The position numbers were made by a program, and so were the translations under genes. From a virus (Duplodnaviria; Caudoviricetes), in IMG/VR virus record IMGVR_UViG_3300035102_000425, positions 1-24,415 of that record: a DNA stretch of 24,415 nucleotides; one strand, 5' to 3'. Below the pieces are notes generated by a model. That model saw only the letters and a list, made by a program, of their open reading frames with translations. It did no database searches and was not told the DNA's origin. Shown in pieces: positions 1-7,487 of this stretch (within the stretch, counting starts at the first letter, position 1; the number at the start of each line of letters is the position of its first letter).

Positions 1-258
1 TTTACCACATGAAGGGCAGAATTTAGCAGTTTCTGTAACCGCTTCACCACAGAAAGGACATTTCTTCATGCCTTCTTCAATTTTCTGGGCGTCAATATCC
101 TCTTTCTTGGGTTTCCAGAGAATCGCGTGGGGGAGCGCGACGATGAAAATCAGTGCACCGTAGAGCCACCAACCGATGAAGCTTTCAGACTTGCTCTTGC
201 TCTTTACGATAAGAGCCGGAATGATCCCCAATATTGCAGCCCACAACAAAATGTGCAT
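1..258 (-). CDS. Membrane protein with zinc-ribbon (3' end runs off the window)
   Basis: Hand translation (not in ORF track): MHILLWAAILGIIPALIVKSKSKSESFIGWWLYGALIFIVALPHAILWKPKKEDIDAQKIEEGMKKCPFCGEAVTETAKFCPSCGK...; two hydrophobic segments and CxxC-x10-CxxC. Confidence 0.85.
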   Translation of the reverse strand, partial: MHILLWAAILGIIPALIVKSKSKSESFIGWWLYGALIFIVALPHAILWKPKKEDIDAQKIEEGMKKCPFCGEAVTETAKFCPSCGK

Positions 259-272
259 TGACGATCACACGC

Positions 273-599
273 CTAGAAGCCGTTCTCGAACTGGATTTTG
301 TATTTGAGGTTTGATGGAAGGTCTTTTTGGGAAAGTGCCTTGAAGCTTTTGGTCATGCCGTGTTTAAAATTGGAAAGGTTGAAATATATGACGTCCAGCA
401 GCTTGCCATCTGTGGAATACACGCTCAAAGCGAAATTTGCGAGAGAGAAATCTTGTCCGGAGCTGTTTGTAACTTCTCCAATAAACTCAATACCCAAAGG
501 GCTATCTCCATAGCTGACATTCTTGTACTCGAAATCCGCCGCAAAAACTGTCGCCACAAAGGTAAACATCAAAACCACCGCAATGAACCACTTCTTCAT
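273..599 (-). CDS. Secreted FxLYD-like (Ig-like beta-sandwich) protein
   Basis: GGAGGT RBS before ATG 599; signal peptide MKKWFIAVVLMFTFVATVFA; motifs GEVTNSS, LSVYSTDGKLLD and GMTKSFK resemble FxLYD-domain proteins. Confidence 0.7.
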   Translation of the reverse strand: MKKWFIAVVLMFTFVATVFAADFEYKNVSYGDSPLGIEFIGEVTNSSGQDFSLANFALSVYSTDGKLLDVIYFNLSNFKHGMTKSFKALSQKDLPSNLKYKIQFENGF

Positions 600-682
600 T
601 GCTTGCCCCACCTCCATTTTTACTCGTTCCGTTTCGGCGCCATCCAGTTTTTTTCATCCTGAAAGCGACGTGGTCGAAAAGT

Positions 683-2434
683 TCATTCCCCTTTTGTGTT
701 TTTACCCATGCCATCCTCCTGTCCTCCGTCGGTGACAGCAGTTTTGACAGCGTTTTTATCTTCCCATTCCTTCTTCCAGGTCAAAAACTTTTCAGCCGGC
801 ATGGGGCGTCCGATGAAAAAACCTTGCGCCATGTCGCAACCCATCTTGGTCAACAGGTCTAAGGTCTTCTCATCTTCGACGCCCTCCGCGACGACCTCTT
901 TACCCAGACCATGAGAAGCTGAAATAATCGACTTGACGAGACTTCTTGCATTTTTATCTTTTTTCATGCCTTGTACGAAAAATACGTCGATCTTTATGGG
1001 AGAAGCCGGAATTTGCAGCATGTATTTCAAGGAGGAAAAACCAGTTCCATAATCGTCGATCGAGAGCCGGACTCCGAGTTCAGTCAATCTCATGAGGCGA
1101 TCGATCATGCTTTCGGCATCATGCATCAATACGTTTTCCGTAATTTCCAACTCGAGGAAACGGGCATCTACCTGGTATTTCTCCAATGCCCTTTTTACTT
1201 TTGTTTCGAATTCTTTTTGGTGCAGATTTCTGACGGAAACGTTAACGGAAATCGGTATCTCCATTCCTTTTTCACGCCACCGCGCAACCTGAAACAGCGC
1301 ATTTTCGATGACCCAGTCCGTCAGCTGATTGATGAGAGTGGTCTTTTCGGCTCGGGGTATGAATTTGCCTGGGGGGATGAATCCCAGCTCCGGATGTTCC
1401 CATCGAATGAGCGCTTCGGCTCCGACGAGAGACCGGGTTTTAAGATCTATCTTCGGTTGATAGTAAAGATGAAGGGCCTGTGGCGAGTCCATCGCGTCTT
1501 GTAATGCGCCGAGCATGCTCAGGGTTTCGCGTTCCAAAGCCGTATCGGTATGATCGAAATAACCTGTCTGCTCCGTTGGATCATTATCGGCTTTGTGCAA
1601 AGAGGCCTCGCATTCCTGCAAATAGTATCCGGGGTCGTCGATCAGTGGGGTGATCTCGGTGGCCGCTATGCGGATATCGCCGAAGAAAACGGATTCTCCA
1701 TAGAGGTACGGAAGTTTCGCTTCTATCATAACTGAGTCGAGAGCCGATTCTATGTCGGATCTTGTCCTTTCAAAAAACAGTACGCCGACTTCATTACTTT
1801 GGACACGGAACAGCTGTATGTCCGTTTCAATGGTCTTTTCTATTCTGTCCCACAATTGAGCGATTGCCTCATCGAGAGCGGTTGGGCCGAAGGAGGACCG
1901 GATGCCGCCGTCATTGGCGAAAGAAAGGATCGCTAAAGCGGTCGGCTTTGGTGAGGTGTTCTCTTTCAGGGCAGCCGTCAATGTGTCGACCAGCGCATAT
2001 CTGTTTGCGAAACCGGTGAATGTCTCGTGACGTGCCGCCCAGGAGGTTCGCTCGATTTGGTAGCGTGTCGTCTCGAATATGACTCCGGCGAGGCCTCCTA
2101 TCATGACGAAGAAGACCATTCTATAGAGCCAGTTGAGCGTTTCCTGTTCCTGCCCTGTCGCGACATCGAGGGGCATGAAGGGGCCGAGCAAGATACCGCC
2201 CAAAAGACCGAAGATGATGCCACCTTTCAGACCATTGGAAAACGCCGCCAGGATAATGGGTATGTACATCGAATGGGAATAGGCGAATTTGATTCCGCCG
2301 GTCAGATAAACGAGTAGATAAACGGCCACCAGCAGGACGCCAGGCAAAACGTATGGTGGAAACCGTTGGTCTTGCGTGCATTTTTCGAGCCAATCGAATC
2401 CTCTGGCGCGCCAGTCCTTTTGGTGCTTTTCCAT
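683..2434 (-). CDS. Membrane-anchored EAL-domain c-di-GMP phosphodiesterase with degenerate GGDEF domain
   Basis: GGAGGA RBS before ATG 2434; N-terminal TM helices; GGDEF-fold region (HETFTGFANR, active-site position QSNEV); EAL motifs YYQP, EALIRW, SVNVS, ELEITE, DDYGTGFSS, KID, EGVE, QGF all present. Confidence 0.93.
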   Translation of the reverse strand: MEKHQKDWRARGFDWLEKCTQDQRFPPYVLPGVLLVAVYLLVYLTGGIKFAYSHSMYIPIILAAFSNGLKGGIIFGLLGGILLGPFMPLDVATGQEQETLNWLYRMVFFVMIGGLAGVIFETTRYQIERTSWAARHETFTGFANRYALVDTLTAALKENTSPKPTALAILSFANDGGIRSSFGPTALDEAIAQLWDRIEKTIETDIQLFRVQSNEVGVLFFERTRSDIESALDSVMIEAKLPYLYGESVFFGDIRIAATEITPLIDDPGYYLQECEASLHKADNDPTEQTGYFDHTDTALERETLSMLGALQDAMDSPQALHLYYQPKIDLKTRSLVGAEALIRWEHPELGFIPPGKFIPRAEKTTLINQLTDWVIENALFQVARWREKGMEIPISVNVSVRNLHQKEFETKVKRALEKYQVDARFLELEITENVLMHDAESMIDRLMRLTELGVRLSIDDYGTGFSSLKYMLQIPASPIKIDVFFVQGMKKDKNARSLVKSIISASHGLGKEVVAEGVEDEKTLDLLTKMGCDMAQGFFIGRPMPAEKFLTWKKEWEDKNAVKTAVTDGGQEDGMGKNTKGE

Positions 2435-2541
2435 TGTTGTCTCCTCCATAAGAAGGTCTTATGTCGGACAAGAAAAAGTAAACAAAAATCGTGTTTTCTT
2501 GAATAAAACCTCTCTTTTTACGTGATTGTTTTGGAAAAAGC

Positions 2542-2633
2542 CTACATCCCGTTCCGCGGTGCCCCCTGGTAGGCGACGACTTTGCCGACGTAAACGTACC
2601 AGCCCATTTCCATATCTTTGAGATCACTTCTAT
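2542..2633 (-). pseudogene. Relic of the 3' end of a CI-repressor homolog (direct repeat of 3571-3663)
   Basis: 2542-2610 matches 3571-3639 at 66/69 nt and encodes the same EMGWYVYVGKVVAYQGAPRNGM*; the further part to 2633 is more diverged with a 1-nt indel. Confidence 0.9.
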
Positions 2634-2686
2634 GTTGAGGAGTTGGCAAAAATATTCCAGGCACTTTAATTGTTCACTTTACGCGT

Positions 2687-3025
2687 TCAGTGCTTTTTCT
2701 CCATTATCCTTGAGAGTAATTTTTTCGCTGCCTTAAATTCCTTTTCTGCTTCTCGGAAAACTCTCTCTGCTTTTAGGCATTCATCTAAGGCTCTCTCAAG
2801 ATCTGTTCCAGGAAGCCAGGATTGAACTGTTTCAATATCTTTGAGGTTCCCATCTACAAGGCCCGTCGTGTCTCCTTGTAGAATACGTAATCTATGCTTG
2901 CAATACATTCCATTTTCTCCAGCCTGGCAAGAACAGGATGCTCTCAGTTGTCCGTTTATTTTGTAGAAACCCACTTTATATGGTTCTGGGGCGGATCCTT
3001 GTACAAAAAAGGTTTTGGTTTCCAT
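2687..3025 (-). CDS. Small SWIM zinc-finger protein
   Basis: GSAPEPYKV followed by CSC-x8-CKH (SWIM CxC-xn-CxH) and a C-terminal helical or coiled-coil tail. Confidence 0.85.
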   Translation of the reverse strand: METKTFFVQGSAPEPYKVGFYKINGQLRASCSCQAGENGMYCKHRLRILQGDTTGLVDGNLKDIETVQSWLPGTDLERALDECLKAERVFREAEKEFKAAKKLLSRIMEKKH

Positions 3026-3028
3026 GTC

Positions 3029-3532
3029 TCATTGGTCTCCAATGTTCCAAGATGGGCCTTTTATCAAAAAGCGCACAAAATCGTCTTGTGTCATTTCGAC
3101 ACGAGAATATTCTTCTCGAAGTTGATTCGTTTTGCGATCAACTGAATACTGCTTGAAAACCACTTTGCCCGGGTTCCTAGGTTTTTCTTTGTTTTGTGGT
3201 GTAGCGGATTCTGCTTCGAGAATTGATACGCAGCAAGTCATTTTTTTAAGCGCTTCTCTCCAACAACATCCATAAACGTTGCAATGAGAATAGAGGGTAT
3301 CGCCTGCTTGGAAGGAAAAAGCGGATCCTTGAGTCCAAATTAGTCGCAACTTTCCGTCTGTGATTCGTTCAGTCTGGCAAATGTCCAATGCTTGGTTGAA
3401 ACAAGGAGGCACGTCAAAATACCAATCCGAGTTACTCTCGTAGGGAGATTTCAAAAGCTTTTCTTGTCGGATTATCCGTTTTTCGGAAGGAGTGATCAAA
3501 AAATCGAGTAGTTCTATTGTTCCATTAGTCAT
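3029..3532 (-). CDS. Hypothetical protein (167 aa, AT-rich cargo)
   Basis: GGAGGGG RBS; 3 nt gap to the SWIM gene; no recognisable motif. Confidence 0.75.
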   Translation of the reverse strand: MTNGTIELLDFLITPSEKRIIRQEKLLKSPYESNSDWYFDVPPCFNQALDICQTERITDGKLRLIWTQGSAFSFQAGDTLYSHCNVYGCCWREALKKMTCCVSILEAESATPQNKEKPRNPGKVVFKQYSVDRKTNQLREEYSRVEMTQDDFVRFLIKGPSWNIGDQ

Positions 3533-3570
3533 TTTTTCCCCTCCGAGGAAAATTTTTCAAAAGGAGTTTT

Positions 3571-4248
3571 CTACATCCCGTTCCGCGGCGCGCCCTGGTA
3601 GGCGACGACTTTGCCGACGTAGACGTACCAGCCCATTTCGACGTCATCGGGAGTCACTTCTATATCGGGGTATTCCCTGTTTGCGGCCTTCAGGATGATT
3701 GTTCCGTCCGGTTTGGTATAGAACCACCGGATCATCCATTTCAGCTGCGGCCCGTAGCAGACTAGCACGACGTTCCCGCTCATAGGCTCCTCTTCGGGCG
3801 CGATGATGGCGATGTCTCCGTCGTAGATCTTCGCCCCCGTCATCGAGTCGCCTTCCACTTTGCACGAGAAAAGCCCCGCCGTGCGGATGGGGCCCAGTGC
3901 ATCTAGGTCCACAGGTATCCTCCGTTCGATCGATTCGTCTGGGAACTCATAGCCATTCCCCATACCGCAGCAGGCTTTCGTGACATCGGAGAGCAGGGGA
4001 ATGAAGATGATGTTGTCGGTGGTCCGAGATATGTCGTGGTTTGGTTTTTGCGAGGTATCCGAAACGATGTCTTCCGGTCTGCACTTCAGCGCCTCGGCGA
4101 TCTTCGGGATCCAGTCCGCATCCACGCGTCGTTTGCCCATCTCAAGTTGGCTCATGTGGGTTTGGCTGATGCCTATGTGAGCAGCCAAATCCTTTTGAGT
4201 CAGACCGGCCTTCAAGCGCAGCGCGCGAATCCGGGCTCCAATACCCAT
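3571..4248 (-). CDS. cI: CI-like phage repressor (XRE HTH plus S24 autopeptidase)
   Basis: N-terminal HTH (LTQKDLAAHIGISQTHMSQLEMG); S24 motif KVEGDSM; CG at the expected self-cleavage position (KACCGMG); divergent from a cro-like gene; GGAGG RBS. Confidence 0.93.
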   Translation of the reverse strand: MGIGARIRALRLKAGLTQKDLAAHIGISQTHMSQLEMGKRRVDADWIPKIAEALKCRPEDIVSDTSQKPNHDISRTTDNIIFIPLLSDVTKACCGMGNGYEFPDESIERRIPVDLDALGPIRTAGLFSCKVEGDSMTGAKIYDGDIAIIAPEEEPMSGNVVLVCYGPQLKWMIRWFYTKPDGTIILKAANREYPDIEVTPDDVEMGWYVYVGKVVAYQGAPRNGM

Positions 4249-4271
4249 TTAACCGCCTCCCGTTTGCATGG

Positions 4272-4365
4272 TATCCCTATGAGCAATATTTTGTCTAACG
4301 CCTCTTAGGAAATTTTTCTACTTGACATATTCCCGAATAGCGTTGTAATATTCCTATAAGCGTTA
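4272..4365. promoter_or_regulatory. Putative operator array of the lysis/lysogeny switch (about four related 17-bp sites)
   Basis: TATCCCTATGAGCAATA (4272-4288) matches TATTCCTATAAGCGTTA (4349-4365) at 13/17; weaker copies at 4296-4312 (inverted) and 4329-4345; all lie in the cI/cro intergenic region. Confidence 0.6.
4322..4351 (+). promoter_or_regulatory. PR-like sigma70 promoter for cro and the early operon
   Basis: Perfect TTGACA (4322-4327) with TAATAT at 4346-4351 (18-nt spacer), overlapped by putative operators. Confidence 0.7.
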
Positions 4366-4383
4366 TCAGGGGAGGCGGGAATC

Positions 4384-4614
4384 ATGATAGGTGCGAAAAT
4401 ACGGGCCAAAAGAGTTCAGAAGAGTCTCAATCAAGTGCAATTCGCAAGTCTAATAGGAATATCGCAAACGCATTTGTCGCAGATCGAACTAGGAAAAAAG
4501 AAACCATCTCTTGACCTTCTTGTCGTCATTTCAAAAGCCCTTGAATGTTCCATCAACGATCTTATCCAGGATGACGCAAACCCTCTGGAGCCCGTACGGG
4601 ACACATCGCAGTAG
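4384..4614 (+). CDS. cro: Cro-like XRE HTH regulator
   Basis: 76 aa HTH divergent from cI; GGGAGG RBS; recognition helix IGISQTHLSQ nearly identical to that of CI. Confidence 0.9.
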   Translation: MIGAKIRAKRVQKSLNQVQFASLIGISQTHLSQIELGKKKPSLDLLVVISKALECSINDLIQDDANPLEPVRDTSQ

Positions 4615-4880
4615 GTGTTCCGTACGGGCTTTCCTGTGACCTGGGCACGGCCCTGGCGGAGGAGGAGAAGGCGAGAAGGGAGTACCTCCAGACCTTCGAC
4701 GAGCCGGACGAAAGCTTCGTCATAGGGTGCGACCTCAACAGAGACGGACGGGCGGACCTTCCTCAAACGGAGCGATACCTTCGGTGCCGCCAGGCATATC
4801 TGGAGCGAGTTGCGATCACTAACCGGATCATCGCCGAACTGGCGGCGTTGGCGGAAGAGAACAAGAAAGAGGCGATTTGA
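4575..4880 (+). CDS. Start-less open frame of about 100 codons in the -1 frame of cro (frameshift product, pseudogene or non-canonical start)
   Basis: Open from TGA 4572-4574 to TGA 4878-4880; protein-like translation (...DLGTALAEEEKARREYLQTFDEPDES...ITNRIIAELAALAEENKKEAI*); no ATG or GTG, and TTG only near the end. Confidence 0.5.
   Translation, partial: RKPSGARTGHIAVGVPYGLSCDLGTALAEEEKARREYLQTFDEPDESFVIGCDLNRDGRADLPQTERYLRCRQAYLERVAITNRIIAELAALAEENKKEAI
4589..4630 (+). terminator. Strong 16-bp hairpin spanning the cro stop codon (tR1-like terminator or frameshift stimulator)
   Basis: AGCCCGTACGGGACAC-(10 nt loop)-GTGTTCCGTACGGGCT with one G-U pair; only a short U run follows. Confidence 0.5.
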
Positions 4881-4950
4881 AAGAAGGAAGGAGAGGCGGC
4901 AGAGTCGATGTCCGGATTTTCCCCGCCGCAGAGAAACAGAGCGGAAAAGG

Positions 4951-5112
4951 TTATTCCGGGACCAGTTCGTCGAGTTTTTTGTAAGTGGTTTCCAGGAAAG
5001 AGGTAAAGGTTTTGACTTCTTTCTCCATTCGGGGATTGATAGGAGCTTTCTCAAACACAGTTTTCGCAAGGTCGGCCGTGACATCAAGAATATGCGCGTC
5101 TCTATCAGTCAT
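4951..5112 (-). CDS. Small antisense hypothetical protein (53 aa)
   Basis: Hand translation MTDRDAHILDVTADLAKTVFEKAPINPRMEKEVKTFTSFLETTYKKLDELVPE*; AAAGGAG RBS upstream; amphipathic helices. Confidence 0.7.
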   Translation of the reverse strand: MTDRDAHILDVTADLAKTVFEKAPINPRMEKEVKTFTSFLETTYKKLDELVPE

Positions 5113-5253
5113 ACCAAGCATCTCCTTTCTTTACGGGTTTTAAGGCCATAAGGCCGGGAAAGCGTAACACAAGAGCAATTCAGAACCTTGACAAGTGAAT
5201 ATCGTTAGGGAAGCATGAAGAGGGATATGTGCTTTTTGAAAGGAGAGAGTGTT

Positions 5254-5961
5254 ATGGCTCTCAACCTAGTTACTTTGTTGGTTTTACTCTTGCCGGGTTT
5301 CTGGAGCGCATGGGTATATTGGAAAATTTCGAGGGACGACAAGCAAGAAACAAACGAATGGTCGACCGTCGCGTTGGGTTTCAGTTTCGGGATTGTAAAC
5401 CTCGGAATTTTCACAATGGGGAATCTGGCCTTGCAATATCTTTTCCAAATTCCAAGGGTCCTATTTGATATCGGTGATGATTTGTCGTGGCTTTCGGAAT
5501 GGCAGTTTTGGGTGTCCTTTTTTATCATTGCTGTTATTGCCCATATCATTGGTTATCTGGCCGGGCTTCTCCGTTTGGCGGGAAAGATTCCAGCATTGAT
5601 GCTTGCAAAAAAAGCATCTCAAAGGACTGGAGGCAACATTGGAACAGGATACAAAAGCAGCTTAAAGTTCATTGTGGAAAAGGAAATCCCAAAATATTGT
5701 ATTACTCGTATTTACAAGTTAGGAGAGGAATCAAAACCCATTGTCGGATTGTACAAAGGGACTTCCGGAGACGAAATCCAGCTCTGTGGGAAACCGCTAT
5801 TTCGAGAGTTCGAGGATTACCGTATGGAAGATCCCTGTGTTACGTATTTCAACATTAATAGCAACATTGCCATCGATTTTGTGACAACCGAAAGCGAAAC
5901 TCAAAAACACCATCTTCAGAAGCTAAACGAAAAATATTACTCAAAACCCGCTAGTGATTAG
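5254..5961 (+). CDS. AT-rich membrane protein, DUF6338-like
   Basis: AAGGAG RBS; N-terminal LLLPGF motif, about three TM helices and a soluble C-terminal domain (IVGLY). Confidence 0.7.
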   Translation: MALNLVTLLVLLLPGFWSAWVYWKISRDDKQETNEWSTVALGFSFGIVNLGIFTMGNLALQYLFQIPRVLFDIGDDLSWLSEWQFWVSFFIIAVIAHIIGYLAGLLRLAGKIPALMLAKKASQRTGGNIGTGYKSSLKFIVEKEIPKYCITRIYKLGEESKPIVGLYKGTSGDEIQLCGKPLFREFEDYRMEDPCVTYFNINSNIAIDFVTTESETQKHHLQKLNEKYYSKPASD

Positions 5962-6089
5962 TTTTTCTTTTCTTTGTCCTTTGGTTTAGGGGGCTCAGGG
6001 ATAGGAATAACGAGCCTTTCCGGGTTTACGATGTGTTCGTGGTCATGTATTTGTCTTGAAGGTTTTGGTTTTTCTTTGTTTTCTCCCAT
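5958..6089 (-). CDS. Small Lys/Pro-rich peptide (43 aa), convergent on the membrane-protein gene
   Basis: GGAGGTG RBS before ATG 6089; MGENKEKPKPSRQIHDHEHIVNPERLVIPIPEPPKPKDKEKKN*; stop codons overlap with the facing gene. Confidence 0.55.
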   Translation of the reverse strand: MGENKEKPKPSRQIHDHEHIVNPERLVIPIPEPPKPKDKEKKN

Positions 6090-6171
6090 TTTGAAACACC
6101 TCCCCAAATGCACTCCTTTGTAATGCTTCCCTGACGATTTTACCACTTGTCTGAAAAGGCGGTGAAGTGTC

Positions 6172-6333
6172 GTGAAAAACGACACGGAACGCAAGTCGTG
6201 CAGCCTTACGATCCGGCTGTCGAATGAAGAATTGAGGCTTCTTGATGAAGAGGCTAAGCGCCTCTGCAGGACCAGAGGGAATCTTATGCGTTATCTCCTG
6301 CGAGAGCATTTGAGGAAGGAGGGACGGCTTTGA
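6172..6333 (+). CDS. Ribbon-helix-helix (CopG/Arc-like) DNA-binding protein
   Basis: Hand translation from GTG 6172: MKNDTERKSCSLTIRLSNEELRLLDEEAKRLCRTRGNLMRYLLREHLRKEGRL*; alternating beta strand followed by two helices; TGATG overlap with rha. Confidence 0.8.
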   Translation: MKNDTERKSCSLTIRLSNEELRLLDEEAKRLCRTRGNLMRYLLREHLRKEGRL

Positions 6334-7133
6334 TGGACGTAGAACGAAATCCTTTGCTTCTGGAAGAGAGATCTCTCGGCGTGAAAGTTATAGACCAAAA
6401 GGTCGTCGTCTCGAGTCGGGACGTCGCCAGGGTGTTCGAGAAGGAACACCGACGCGTCCTCCAGGACATCAGGGATCTCGGTTGCAGCCGTGAATTCCGA
6501 CTGCACAATTTCGTGCAGTCCTCATACATCAACGAACAGGGCCGGGAAATGCCTGAATACCTCATGACCAGGGACGGGTTCACGCTCCTGGCGATGGGCT
6601 ACACGGGCCCGAAGGCCATGAAGTTCAAGGAGGCCTACATCTTCGAGTTCAACCGGATGGAACGGGCGCTGAAGGACCAGGCCCTGGACGAGGCTGAACT
6701 TCTGGCCAGATTGGCGGCCAACATGGCCGAGTTCCAGAAGAAGCAGCGGGCAATCAACGGGATCCATTCGGCGCGCCTAGTGGCCCTAGAGGAGCGGGTG
6801 ACGGCGCAAAGCCGGGATCGCGAACAGGCCGTGGAGTACCTCCGGAGGCTTCCGGAACCGTCGGCGGTCCCGCCGGCGAAATCTACCCGGATCCTCACCT
6901 ATCAGAGGACCCTCTCCTGGGCTCGGAAGAACGGCCTTTCCCCACAGGAAGCATTCAATTACCTGTACCGCGAGTTTGCGGCGAGGTATCACGTGGATCT
7001 CAAGACCAGGGCGAAGAACAGAAAGATGGATTCTGTCCTCAAGTATGCCGAGCGGGATGGTTTTATCGACGAGGTGTATGTGCTTGCGTGTCATCTGTTC
7101 CCCGTTGAAGAGCGGGAACCGATGCTGGTCTGA
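6333..7133 (+). CDS. rha: Rha-family phage regulatory protein (antirepressor-type, two domains)
   Basis: VVSSRDVARVFEKEHRRVLQDIR...YLMTRDGFTLLAMGYTGPKAMKFKEAYI..FNRME is the Rha signature; AAGGAGG RBS. Confidence 0.92.
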   Translation: MDVERNPLLLEERSLGVKVIDQKVVVSSRDVARVFEKEHRRVLQDIRDLGCSREFRLHNFVQSSYINEQGREMPEYLMTRDGFTLLAMGYTGPKAMKFKEAYIFEFNRMERALKDQALDEAELLARLAANMAEFQKKQRAINGIHSARLVALEERVTAQSRDREQAVEYLRRLPEPSAVPPAKSTRILTYQRTLSWARKNGLSPQEAFNYLYREFAARYHVDLKTRAKNRKMDSVLKYAERDGFIDEVYVLACHLFPVEEREPMLV

Positions 7134-7154
7134 CGGTAAGGGGGGCGTGGCGAG

Positions 7155-7487
7155 ATGGCAGGTCAAACGGTTTTCGTAGTCGACGAATCGATGCCGGAAC
7201 AGATACGGCAGTTGGGCGCCAAGATCGACCAATTGTCGAAGGAGCTCGAGAAGCACAGAAAGGAGGCTGGCAAGGGCGAGGCGTACGAATACGGGTTCAT
7301 GAGGCTTCCGCAGATCCTCGAGATCATTCCCGTCAGCAAGCCCACCTGGTGGCGGTGGGTCTCCGAGGGGATCGCTCCGAAGGGTGTGAAGTTGAGCAAA
7401 TCCATCACCGTATGGCGGGTGGAGGATGTCAGGGCCTTTGCCGAAAAGGTCGCAGCTGAAGGTCTGGAGGGTGTTCAAGATGTTTGA
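7155..7487 (+). CDS. AlpA-family regulator / excisionase-like protein
   Basis: FMRLPQILEIIPVSKPTWWRWVSEGIAPKGVKLSKSITVWRVEDV is the AlpA pattern. Confidence 0.88.
   Translation: MAGQTVFVVDESMPEQIRQLGAKIDQLSKELEKHRKEAGKGEAYEYGFMRLPQILEIIPVSKPTWWRWVSEGIAPKGVKLSKSITVWRVEDVRAFAEKVAAEGLEGVQDV

Noticed and set aside
618-682. Possible third, more decayed copy of the cI 3' end between the EAL and FxLYD genes (gtcgc...cgga ac-like words)
   Set aside because: Only short scattered matches with no consistent alignment or frame; cannot be told from chance.
2542-3663. The repeat pair as a diversity-generating retroelement TR/VR
   Set aside because: No reverse transcriptase in the window; the core differences are synonymous and not confined to adenines; the target is a repressor C-terminus.
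4431-5087. 218-aa minus-strand ORF
   Set aside because: Overlaps cro antisense, has no RBS, and is best explained as a shadow of plus-strand coding plus overlap with the 53-aa gene.
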